This document shows positions 27,432-36,292 of a DNA stretch of 60,452 nt, one piece after another. The translations under genes and the position numbers were made by a program. Below the pieces are notes generated by a model. It ran no database searches, was not told the DNA's origin, and saw nothing but the letters and a program-made list of their open reading frames with translations. This stretch comes from an uncultured Acidobacteriota bacterium (GTDB lineage: Bacteria; Acidobacteriota; UBA6911). The stretch is taken from assembly GCA_964613495.1 (NCBI GenBank), contig CAZTHE010000005.1:1-60452 (forward strand). The letters run 5' to 3'. Positions within the stretch are counted from its first letter, which is position 1, and each line of letters opens with the position of its first letter.

Positions 27432-28603
27432 GTGGATGCCCTTGGGCTGAAGGTAATTCTCATTACCCGGGGCATCCATGTCCCGTCGGAGGAGACCTAC
27501 AGGATACTGGGCGAGAGCCATCGCTTTTCGTCGAACCCTCTCGAGTGCAATTGCCTGATCCTGCCCGGCGGCGTCGTGGTTCATGCGGCCGACGCCGGCC
27601 CGGCCTCGCCTTTCCGGCTGGAGCCCGGCCTCGCGGGAAACGCGCGGCTGACCTATAACGGTGCGCCTGTCACGGACGTATCCTTTCCGGCCGCAACGGA
27701 TTTCTACCGCCGAAGCACCTCGAGCGGCAGACCTTTCCTCGGGATGGCGGTGCTGCAGGGGCTGGATGTGCTTTCCTTCCCCTATCTCTGGCCCTTCAAT
27801 TACGCGCGCGCCGGCCGTGCGTGCCAGTTCTGCCACTGCGGGGGGTTCAGCGAACAGCCCGCCCATGCGGGGAGTCCGCCCCCCCCTCCCCCACGGCCAA
27901 AGACATGGCGGATGTCGTCGAATATGCGGTCAAGCGCGAACGGCTCGCCCGCCATATCCAGATTACGGGCGGTTCGCTGGGAAGCCCGGAGGCGGAGTGC
28001 CATCTGGCGCGTGAAATGTTGAACTCCATCGGAGACATCCCCGGTTTCGATCGTTCGGCCAGGGAAATAACGGTCTTCACGTCACCGCCGGAGGATCCCG
28101 CCCAGATCGACGGGCTGTTCGAATCGGGGGCCGACCGTGTCGCGTGCGACATCGAAATCTGGGACGACGAATTGGCGGCACGCATATGCCCGGAAAAGCG
28201 CCGGCCCGGAAGCCGGGAGCGCCATCTCAGGACGCTGACGCACATCGCCGAAAAATACGGACCCAACAAGGCGTGCAGCGCCTTCGTGATCGGGCTCGAG
28301 CCGGCGGAGAGCTTTCTCGAGGGCGCGGAATTTCTCGCCGGCCGGGGGATCGTCCCGAGCCTGTCGATCTGGATGCCGCACGGCCGGCCCGTCCTGGGCA
28401 GGACCGAGGCGCCGGGACTGGACTATTACCGGAAGATCCGCGACGGGATCTCCGGGATTTTCGCCAAATACAATATCGAACCGCCCGGGGGCGCCGGGTT
28501 CAACGTCTGCATCTGCCGCGACGTGCACAATGAGAGGACGCTCGCCGGCTGGCCGCAGCATCCCCTCCACGCAATTCCTTCAAACCGAATCGTCCTCAAT
28601 TAA
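27432..28603 (+). pseudogene. Radical-SAM-like Fe-S enzyme gene interrupted by a frameshift in a poly-C tract
   Basis: Frame 3 reads ...RAGRACQFCHCGGFSEQPAHAG. After C8-T-C5 (27879-27892), frame 2 continues SPTAKDMADVVEYAVKRERLARHIQITGGS... The two ORFs overlap and read as one protein. Confidence 0.45.
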
Positions 28604-28700
28604 ACCTTTTGGCCCGCTTTTGCGCTTATAGGGATAGGAACTGCTCCATTCGACAAGGATATTCGAGATTGCCGAAGGCAATCGCCGGGAGGATATAGAC

Positions 28701-29159
28701 ATGCGAAAGACACTGCTTGTTCTGGCTGTTTTTGCGTTGACGGGTTCGCTGCTTGCGGCGGACCCGATCGTCGGAACGTGGAAGGTCAACGTCGCCAAAT
28801 CAAACTTCGGGCCAGGGGTTCAGGCGCCGATCAAGGAACAGACCAATATCGTTCAGGAGGCAGGCCCCGACCGGTACGAGGTCATAGTCACGGGCATCCT
28901 GACCAACGGAGCCGGCTTCTCATACAAGGCGGCTTACCCGAAGCAGGGCGGCGCGACCATCGGCGCCCAGACGATGCAGTCGGTATTGACGATATTGGCG
29001 CCCGGAGACTGGTGTTTCACAAGCCTGCAGGACGGGAAACAAACCGGGGTTAATCGCGTCGTCGTCGGCAAAGATGGCAAGTCCGCCGTGCAAACAGGGC
29101 TGAGCCTGGACGCTACGGGCAAACTTGTGGAAGGGATGCTCTTCTTCGAAAAGCAATAG
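28701..29159 (+). CDS. Secreted lipocalin-like hypothetical protein
   Basis: Signal peptide MRKTLLVLAVFALTGSLLAA, followed by DPIVGTWKVNVAKSNF, which is typical of lipocalin-like domains. Confidence 0.6.
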   Translation: MRKTLLVLAVFALTGSLLAADPIVGTWKVNVAKSNFGPGVQAPIKEQTNIVQEAGPDRYEVIVTGILTNGAGFSYKAAYPKQGGATIGAQTMQSVLTILAPGDWCFTSLQDGKQTGVNRVVVGKDGKSAVQTGLSLDATGKLVEGMLFFEKQ

Positions 29160-29354
29160 GCCTGTTCAGAGAAGGCAGCAGCGCCGAAGGCCCGCCGCAG
29201 CATAGCCCGGGGTGAAGGCCGCGCAGCGGCCGCAACCCCGGGTTAGATCGCACAAAGGACGCGAGTCCCGTAGAGACGGCGTCATTGCCTAGAAATGGAT
29301 TATCCGCTATACTGATATATGGATTTACGGATTATCCGCATGGAGAAGTCTACC

Positions 29355-29627
29355 ATGAGAGACGTTTATCAGGTTCAGGTGGTTCGCCGGGGAGTGATCA
29401 CCCTGCCCAAAGGCCTGCGCGACCGCAACCGCATCGGGGAAGGCGACACCCTCACGCTGATCGACCTCGGCGACGGCGTCGTTGTCATGTGTCCCAACCG
29501 CACGCAGGTCGATGCGATCGCCGACAAGCTGGCCGCCGAGTGGCGCGCGTCGGGCGAATCGCTTGAATCCATGTTGAGCACCCTGCGGGAGGTCCGCGCG
29601 GAATATGGGTTCAAGAAGCGGTCCTGA
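29355..29627 (+). CDS. AbrB/MazE/SpoVT-family antitoxin
   Basis: Start at MRDVYQVQVVRRGVITLPKGLRDRNRIGEGDTLTLIDLGDG (swapped-hairpin motif), with GGAGAAG 7 nt upstream. Overlaps the PIN gene. Confidence 0.8.
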   Translation: MRDVYQVQVVRRGVITLPKGLRDRNRIGEGDTLTLIDLGDGVVVMCPNRTQVDAIADKLAAEWRASGESLESMLSTLREVRAEYGFKKRS

Positions 29628-30060
29628 GGTTTTCCTCGATACCAGCGTCCTATTTGCGGCGGTCCTTTCGCCTTCGGGCGGCGCACGGAAGCTGTTCTAC
29701 CTGTCCGCGACCGGCCTGATCCGGCTGGTCGTGAGCCGGGACGTGCTGCGCGAATGCGAAGAAGTCGTGCGGCGCAAGTCCCCGGGCTCCCTGCCGTGGC
29801 TGGCCCGGCTGCTCGAAACGGGCGAGGTGACGGTCTCGCCGGAACCCACCCCCGGTCAGCTCCGGAAAGCCGGGAAATTGGTTCGATATCCGCCGGACGC
29901 CCGCATTCTGGCAGGCGCCATTCGTGCCCTGCCCGACTGGTTCATCACCCATGACCGGGAGCATTTCCTCAAGATGCCCGCGGGGAAGGAGCTGCCATTT
30001 AAAATCGGCACCCCCGGCGATCTGATTCAATTCCTTCGGGCCGCCTATGCATCGCGATGA
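29605..30060 (+). CDS. PIN-domain toxin
   Basis: VFLDTSVLFAAV (first acidic residue) ... ITHDREHF. 23-nt overlap with the antitoxin gene. Confidence 0.8.
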   Translation: MGSRSGPEVFLDTSVLFAAVLSPSGGARKLFYLSATGLIRLVVSRDVLRECEEVVRRKSPGSLPWLARLLETGEVTVSPEPTPGQLRKAGKLVRYPPDARILAGAIRALPDWFITHDREHFLKMPAGKELPFKIGTPGDLIQFLRAAYASR

Positions 30061-30168
30061 GGCTTCGGAAAAGGCTCGCATCCCGGCAATTAAATAGTAA
30101 TTTATGGAGTCTCGGCCCATTTATTCAGAGGCCTCCCGAATCGTGAATTTCCATGAGGCGCGATCATT

Positions 30169-31065
30169 ATGAGACACCTCGACCTGGGCGGCGTGCAGGT
30201 CTCGCGCGTGATTGAGCTGGAGGAAACCCCGCCCGTCAGGCCGCGGCAGTTGCTGCCCGATGCCGCGCCCGAAGTCATCGATTCGCACAGACACTGGCTC
30301 ATGCCGCATTTTCTCACGGCGGACGGGATGTTCACCGGGAGCATACACACCTATGTCGTTCGCACCCGCCGCCATGCCATCGTGGTCGACACCGGCGCCG
30401 GCAACGACAAAAAACGCAGTTACGCCGGCTTGAATCAGATGCACGGGCCCTACCTGGAATCCCTGGGGAAGGTCGCGGGCATCCGACCGGAACAGGTCGA
30501 TTTCGTCGTGTGCACGCATCTTCACGTCGACCATGTGGGGTGGAACACACGGCTGGCGCGCGGCAGGTGGGTCCCAACGTTCCCAAATGCAAAATATCTT
30601 TTTGTGCGGAAAGAGTGGGAATTCTGGGAACGCAAGTACAACAAAGACAAGGGCGCAGAGGACGGCGCCATCGCGGACAGCCTGATCCCGGTTTTCGAAG
30701 CCGGGAAAGCACTCCTGGTCGGAGGCGATCACGCGATCGACGATCAGGTCTTCCTGGAGCCGGCGCCGGGCCATACTCCCGGGCACATTTGCGTTCACAT
30801 CAAGGGCAGCCGAAAAGAAGCCGTGATGAGCGGGGATATCATGCACCATCCCGTACAGGTCGCGGAACCCCAATGGAGCAGCGCCTTTTGCATGGATCCC
30901 CAAATGGCCGCGGCGACGCGACGGGCGTTTCTCGAACGGAACGCCGATACCGGGAGACTGATTCTCGCGGCGCATTTTGCGACGCCGAATGCCGGAACGA
31001 TCGTCGCATCGGGCCATTCATTCCGGTTCAAAGTCGACCCGACCGTGGGCCCATGCCCGAGTTAG
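30169..31065 (+). CDS. MBL-fold metallo-hydrolase (lactonase-like)
   Basis: HLHVDHVGWN is the HxHxDH motif. Later residues include PGHTPGH and His/Asp. Confidence 0.85.
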   Translation: MRHLDLGGVQVSRVIELEETPPVRPRQLLPDAAPEVIDSHRHWLMPHFLTADGMFTGSIHTYVVRTRRHAIVVDTGAGNDKKRSYAGLNQMHGPYLESLGKVAGIRPEQVDFVVCTHLHVDHVGWNTRLARGRWVPTFPNAKYLFVRKEWEFWERKYNKDKGAEDGAIADSLIPVFEAGKALLVGGDHAIDDQVFLEPAPGHTPGHICVHIKGSRKEAVMSGDIMHHPVQVAEPQWSSAFCMDPQMAAATRRAFLERNADTGRLILAAHFATPNAGTIVASGHSFRFKVDPTVGPCPS

Positions 31066-31245
31066 CCTGCACCGTGCCTCCGGCACTACGGATCACCGCA
31101 TTGCCCAGCCACCGCAGTGCACTCCAGCACTCCGGATCGCCGCAATCCCAGTTACCGCGGTGCATCCGGCACCCGGTTCACCGCAGTGCCCCCGGCACTC
31201 CGGGCCTCAATTCTTCGTGCAATCCGCGAAATCCGTGGGCAGGCG
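31066..31245 (+). repeat. Degenerate array of GTGCCTCCGGCAC-type hairpin units ending in a degenerate CGTG box
   Basis: GTGCCTCCGGCACTACGG..., GTGCACTCCAGCACTCCGG..., GTGCATCCGGCACCCGG..., GTGCCCCCGGCACTCCGGG, then TTCGTGCAATCCGCGAAATCCGTGGGC. Confidence 0.7.
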
Positions 31246-31282
31246 CCGGGCCGTCCCAAATGGGCCGCGGCGCGGGATTTCC

Positions 31283-31822
31283 TCAGATGTCGATCTCGTC
31301 GGATTCCGCCAGAACCTCGGACAGCAGCCTGTCCAATCCCAAAGATGCGGCCAGTCGATCGATCGTCCGACGCTGGCCATTCGTCGCAATTCGCACCAGT
31401 TGGCGCAGGTCGCGGCGGTTTTTATGGCTCCCTTTGCCGACCCAGATAAGTCTTGCTATTGCAGTATCGGGAAGCGATGCGATCGGGACGGATAATCCGT
31501 CAAACAACTCGATGATATCGGATCTTTCAAGTTCGCCGGGAATGAGCTCTCTCGGATAAAGATCCAGCTTCAAGGCTTCGGCCGAATCGAGCAGTTGGAA
31601 CACCTTCTTGCGCTCCACCGCGTCCCGGAGAACCGCCTCATCGAAGAGAAAATCCGAATCGCGAAGCGTTTTGATGAATGAATCCAGTTGCCCGGCGACC
31701 GCCTCATTGTCGATGACGATGTCCACATCCTGGGTCATCCGGGGCTCGCCGTAAGCGATGCTTGTCAGGCCGCCGGTCAGATGAAATCGAATGTGAAACG
31801 ATTGAAGGATTTCAATGATTTT
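31283..31822 (-). CDS. Minimal nucleotidyltransferase-fold protein with no canonical start upstream of the conserved motif
   Basis: The track ORF starts at MTQDVDIVID. The same frame is open upstream (KIIEILQSFHIRFHLTGGLTSIAYGEPR) and supplies the GG...DxD NTase motif. Confidence 0.5.
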   Translation of the reverse strand, partial: KIIEILQSFHIRFHLTGGLTSIAYGEPRMTQDVDIVIDNEAVAGQLDSFIKTLRDSDFLFDEAVLRDAVERKKVFQLLDSAEALKLDLYPRELIPGELERSDIIELFDGLSVPIASLPDTAIARLIWVGKGSHKNRRDLRQLVRIATNGQRRTIDRLAASLGLDRLLSEVLAESDEIDI

Positions 31823-31844
31823 TTACGGAGTGGCTCGAAAGGTT

Positions 31845-32156
31845 TCAACGGGGAACATTTTCGAGAGCCCTCCGGATCAACTCCCGAGTCGTCTTATCCC
31901 CCCCGTACTGGCGCATCGCAACCATCCATTTCAATCGTTCGGGACTCATCGGTCCCGAATCGGAAAGGATTTGGCGGGCGATGCAATCCCGGGTCCATTG
32001 GAACATGGAAGCGGCTCGTGCAATGCGCTCCTTTGGCGTCAGCTGGTCCATGCGCTTCAGATATTCCGATTCAACGAGGCCCATAGGGATACCGTTTCCA
32101 TTTTGTTCGATACTAACAGCGCGCCGTTCGGCAGTAAACGGAATATTCGCAACCAT
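31845..32156 (-). CDS. Hypothetical small protein, upstream partner of the nucleotidyltransferase
   Basis: ORF 31845..32183. Start placed at MVANIPFTAERR. 20-nt gap to the next gene. No family recognised. Confidence 0.4.
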   Translation of the reverse strand: MVANIPFTAERRAVSIEQNGNGIPMGLVESEYLKRMDQLTPKERIARAASMFQWTRDCIARQILSDSGPMSPERLKWMVAMRQYGGDKTTRELIRRALENVPR

Positions 32157-32244
32157 GCGCCGCCCCCTCGGGGCTTGGCTCAATTCATCATCCCAACCGC
32201 GGGCTGAAGCCCCGCGCTACCCAGGATCGGCACTCCCGGCCGTA

Positions 32245-32320
32245 ATTCTCCGTGTAATCCGTGCAATCCGTGGCTTACTTCGGGCCTCGGACCCCGGCGA
32301 AATTCGTTGAATTCGTGGCC
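32245..32320 (+). repeat. Composite CGTG-box element (copy 1)
   Basis: ATTCTCCGTGTAATCCGTGCAATCCGTGGC, an approximately 25-nt spacer, then AAATTCGTTGAATTCGTGGCC. Confidence 0.85.
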
Positions 32321-32330
32321 GGCCGGCGAC

Positions 32331-34961
32331 TCACAGCTGAACGACATTCGCCTCGCCGACGTTGGCGTACCTTTCCGGCATGCAGGTGAACACGATGATC
32401 TGGCAGCATTTGGCCGCCCTGGACAGCACCGCCCCCACGAGGTGCAGCCTCTGCGGATCGGTGTACCCGAGCGCGTCATCCAGAATGAGCGGCGTGCCTT
32501 CCCTGTCCGCCACGATCATGGAGCAGGCCAGCCGGAAGACGAGCGAGAGCTGCTCTTTCGTGCCGCCGCTCAGCGACTCGAACGGCACGGAGACGCCGTC
32601 GAGCCTGCGGCTGGCGATCTGCAGGTCGTCGCCGATTTCCACGCCGAAGGAATCGTCGAACACCAGGCGCCCCAGCGCCTCGACTTTCTCCTTCAGCGGA
32701 GCCACATAGGCGCGGCGCACCCGGTCGCGCTCTTCGCGCATGGTCTCGAACAGGCACTTCGCCGCCTGCGCCCGCCGCGCCAGCGACGCGTTCCCGGCCG
32801 CCAGCCTTTCGGCGTTCGCCCGGGCCGCCTGCAGCTTTTCGTGCAGCCCCTCCTCTCCCTGCATCTTCAACCGCGTCTGCACTTCGGTCATTTCGGTCTG
32901 CGCGGCGCCCCGGCGCTTCTGCGTCGTCAGCAGCGATCCCCGGGCCGTGTCGTCCAGCAGCCGCACCCTCTCCGGATTCCTGGCCTCGAGCATCGCCTCG
33001 GAATCGCGCACGTTCGCCTCTTCCGCCGCCACGGCGCCGATCGCCTTCTCCAGCTCGCCGTCCACGGCTTCGTCGGCGAGGCTCTTGCGCGCCCGGCCGA
33101 GATTTTCGCCCGCCTGCTCGAGGTCGCGCGACAGCAGCTCGATCTTCACCTTCAGCTCCTGGTGCTTCCCGTTCAGCCCGTCGCGCACCGTGCGCGCCGC
33201 TTCGAACGCGTCGCGCGCGGCATCCCACGCTGCATTCGCCTCTTTGCAGAAGGACTCGGCGCCGGCCTTTTCGGCCTTCGACGCTTCCAGGTCGGGCGCG
33301 ATCGGCGGCTCCGCGGCGCGGCGCTCGAGATAGGCGGGGACGCTCTGCTGCAAACCGCGCAGTTTCCGGTCGAGTTCCTCGTAGCTGAGGTCACGCAGCG
33401 TTTCCTTTTCGACCCGCTCCAGCTCTTCCAGCTGCCGCTTCGCCTTTTCGTGTTCTTCGTAAGCCGCCTGCGCCTCTTCGGGAGTGGACACGCCCGCCTT
33501 GGCGCACGCCTTTTCCAGGGCGAGCCTGACTTCTTCCACCTTCTGCGCCAGCGCTTCGGCGCTCGAGCCGGCGGCGATTTCGATTTCGAGCAGCTCCGGC
33601 AGGCTCAGCTTCAGCTTTTCGGGCACGGAAAACGTCCGGGTTTCCCCTTGGCCGATCCGCGTCTCTTCGGAATCGACGATCAGGCGGCAATCGGCCAGGG
33701 CGCGCAGCCGGACGCCGGGCGCGGCCGTGGCGAGCTGGGCGCCGGCCATGAGCAGTTCGCGCTCGGCGTTGCGGATCGACTTGAGCTTGCGCTCGTCGAC
33801 CTTGTTGGCTGCGAGCGTCTGCCCGGCTTCGGCCGCCCGCTGCCGCGCCGCGTCGATGCGTTCCTTGCGCTCCTGCATCTGTTCGAGGTGCAGGCGGTTA
33901 TTGTAGTAGTCGAAATCGGCCCGCCGCAGCTCGAGGACCGTGTCGGCCTCCTTGCGCTCCTGTTCGGCGGCGGCAAGAACCTCCTTCGCCCGGGCGAATT
34001 CGTCCTCGGCGCGCTTCAAGGATTCGGAGGAAATCTGGAATTCCTCCTGGAGTCCCTTGCGCTCCCGGTCGGCATTGGCGACCGCATCGATGAGCCCCTT
34101 GCGGTGCTCTTTTTCCTTCCGCGCCGCCTGCGCCGTCTTCCGCGCCGACTCGAGTTTGAGCCGCGCCTCCGACAGGACCTTTTCCAGCGCGGCGATCTCT
34201 TCGAGCGACAATTTGTATCGGTCGACTTCGGCCGTCTGTTCCGCTTCCTGTTTCTTCAGCCGGGCCAGTTCCTGCTGCAGGACGGCGGCGCGTTCGATGT
34301 CCTGTTCGAGATCTGCAAGGACCCGGGCGAAACGCGCGGATTCCGCCTCGGCGGCCGCCACGGCATTGCGCGATTCGTTCAGCTCTTTCTTCTCTGCCCC
34401 GCGCTCGGTGTAGTAGCGCAGGAATTCCTCCCGCACGGTTTCGAACAGGTCCTCCTGGCGCGGATCGGCCGACTGGCCGCCGGCGGCCTTATCGAGCGCG
34501 GCGGACAGCGAGGTCTGGCTGGCGAGCGACGGCTGCCGCACCGCGTCTCCCTGCTGAATGGTCAGCGCCTTCCACAGGGTGACGTCGAGGGTCTCTTCGA
34601 GAATGGCGGCGGCGCGGTCGTGCGCCTCGCGCCCGGTGAGGTTTTCGGCTTTTGGCCGGGCGATGGCCAGCCGCGTCTCCGGCTTTTTGTGGAACCGCTT
34701 GAAATAGGTGAAGCGGTAGGGCCCGCTCTCGGCCTCGAGCTCGATTTCGGCCCCTTCGTCGCGGTGGACGGGGCGGACGGCTTCGACCGCGCGGTGTTTG
34801 CTGTTGTCGGGGTATTCGAACAGGAGCCCGATGGCCTCGCCGAGGCTCGTCTTGCCGGCCTCGTTGGGCCCCTGGATGAGGGTGATGCCGAGCGGGCTGA
34901 AGCGCACTTCGGCGGAAGGCACGCCGCGGTAGTTGGCGATGCGGAGCCGGAGGAATTTCAT
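32331..34961 (-). CDS. SbcC/YhaN-like SMC-type ATPase
   Basis: Walker A GPNEAGKTS. Approximately 600 aa of coiled coil. Signature FESLSGGTKEQ. Walker B LILDDALGYTD. Confidence 0.85.
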   Translation of the reverse strand: MKFLRLRIANYRGVPSAEVRFSPLGITLIQGPNEAGKTSLGEAIGLLFEYPDNSKHRAVEAVRPVHRDEGAEIELEAESGPYRFTYFKRFHKKPETRLAIARPKAENLTGREAHDRAAAILEETLDVTLWKALTIQQGDAVRQPSLASQTSLSAALDKAAGGQSADPRQEDLFETVREEFLRYYTERGAEKKELNESRNAVAAAEAESARFARVLADLEQDIERAAVLQQELARLKKQEAEQTAEVDRYKLSLEEIAALEKVLSEARLKLESARKTAQAARKEKEHRKGLIDAVANADRERKGLQEEFQISSESLKRAEDEFARAKEVLAAAEQERKEADTVLELRRADFDYYNNRLHLEQMQERKERIDAARQRAAEAGQTLAANKVDERKLKSIRNAERELLMAGAQLATAAPGVRLRALADCRLIVDSEETRIGQGETRTFSVPEKLKLSLPELLEIEIAAGSSAEALAQKVEEVRLALEKACAKAGVSTPEEAQAAYEEHEKAKRQLEELERVEKETLRDLSYEELDRKLRGLQQSVPAYLERRAAEPPIAPDLEASKAEKAGAESFCKEANAAWDAARDAFEAARTVRDGLNGKHQELKVKIELLSRDLEQAGENLGRARKSLADEAVDGELEKAIGAVAAEEANVRDSEAMLEARNPERVRLLDDTARGSLLTTQKRRGAAQTEMTEVQTRLKMQGEEGLHEKLQAARANAERLAAGNASLARRAQAAKCLFETMREERDRVRRAYVAPLKEKVEALGRLVFDDSFGVEIGDDLQIASRRLDGVSVPFESLSGGTKEQLSLVFRLACSMIVADREGTPLILDDALGYTDPQRLHLVGAVLSRAAKCCQIIVFTCMPERYANVGEANVVQL

Positions 34962-36085
34962 GCCACCCTCCTTGCCAGCCGCAGCAGCAGCATCAGGGCG
35001 TCGCGGGCCGCCGGAGGCGCGTCGCCTCCCGCCTGGATGGAGGCGCGCAGCCGCTCTACGGTCGCGTCGGCGAAGCCCGAGAAGCCGAGGTCGGCGAAAT
35101 CGGCGTCTTCGGGCACGGCCACAAGCCCTTCGTCCCGCACCTCGAAGGCGGCGAACAGATCTCCGGCGGCGGCCAGGCTCCTATCGAGCGCCTCCCGCGC
35201 GGACAGGGCGAGCGACCCGGCGAGTTCCAGCCGGACGACCGTCCGCTCTTTGTTTTCGATCGCCTCGAGCCACGCGGCCAGGAGCGCCACGTCTTCGGCC
35301 GCATTGACTTCCGCCTCGTGCCGGAGGAATTGCCACTGGCCGACCCGGACTTCCCTGGCAGCGGCGCCGGCGGCATCGACGTCGACGACGAGGGCGTAGC
35401 CGGACCGTATCTCGGAAAAGTCGGTCGTCTCGGGCGTCCCGGAGTACCAGACCCGGCCGTTTTCGCTCAGGCCCGTAGCGGAATGCCGGTCGCCCAGCGC
35501 CGCGTAATGGATCCGCCCGTCGGCGAGAGCGGCGTCGAGCGCCGCCAGTTCGATGACGCCGGCCGCCTCGGGATCCGGCGCGAGCCGGTCGACGGCGCCG
35601 TGGGCCGCGCAGATGCGCACGACATCGTTTGCCGGGGCGAGCGCCTCGAGGGCTTCCGCGGCGGGGTTGACGACGGGCCGCTTGGAGGTCCAGACGCCGC
35701 CCACCAGTTCGACGTCGTCCGCCGGGCGGACGGGGAGGGCTTTTTCGAGGATATGGACGTGCGCCGGCTTGCGTTCGAGGAAGGCGCCCGAGCGGTAGAC
35801 GGACGCGGCGTTGAGCGGATCGTGGTTTCCCGGCAGGATGTAGACGGGCACGGGGACGTCCTTGAGCGCTTCGAGCGCGCGCGCCACGGTCCTGCGGTCC
35901 ACCTGGTTCGATTCGAACGCGTCGCCGCAGACAAGCAGGAACCGGCAGTTCTCCTCTTTTGCGACGCGCCCCATCGCCCGGATGGCGTCGAATCGCGCCT
36001 GCGCGTACCGCTCCTGCGCCCCTTCGGACAGGAACCGCCGCGTCATCCCCAACTGCCAATCGCTCGTATGCAAGAATCGCGTCAT
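34958..36085 (-). CDS. SbcD/YhaO-like metallophosphoesterase nuclease
   Basis: Start at MTRFLHTSDWQLG, preceded by GGGGAGGGG. Motifs CGDAFES and LPGNHD. ATGA overlap with the ATPase gene. Confidence 0.85.
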   Translation of the reverse strand: MTRFLHTSDWQLGMTRRFLSEGAQERYAQARFDAIRAMGRVAKEENCRFLLVCGDAFESNQVDRRTVARALEALKDVPVPVYILPGNHDPLNAASVYRSGAFLERKPAHVHILEKALPVRPADDVELVGGVWTSKRPVVNPAAEALEALAPANDVVRICAAHGAVDRLAPDPEAAGVIELAALDAALADGRIHYAALGDRHSATGLSENGRVWYSGTPETTDFSEIRSGYALVVDVDAAGAAAREVRVGQWQFLRHEAEVNAAEDVALLAAWLEAIENKERTVVRLELAGSLALSAREALDRSLAAAGDLFAAFEVRDEGLVAVPEDADFADLGFSGFADATVERLRASIQAGGDAPPAARDALMLLLRLARRVA

Positions 36086-36129
36086 CGCAACCCCCCTCCC
36101 CGGCCGTGCCCCCAGCTTATTACACCCCA

Positions 36130-36146
36130 GTGACATCCGGGGTCAC
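36130..36146 (-). promoter_or_regulatory. Shared promoter/operator motif GTGAC-N7-GTCAC (copy 1, drives the sbcDC-like operon)
   Basis: The reverse complement contains TGACCCCGGATGTCAC. TAATAA (36117-36122, minus strand) lies 18 nt downstream, then an RBS and ATG 36085. Confidence 0.55.
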
Positions 36147-36292
36147 AGCACAGGACGATTCCTGATAGATGATTTTAACTTGCCAGCACCCACTTGCGGC
36201 CTGCGCTTCTGCAATACACGATAGATTACGACACTAAATAATATTTTGCTTTAATCCCCAAGCAAGGCAATTATATTAGGATCGTGGAAATT

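Noticed and set aside
32307-35399. A 1030-aa ORF on the plus strand
   Set aside because: It is antisense to the sbcC/sbcD-like genes. Its translation is low-complexity and R/A/G/L-rich, with no motifs.
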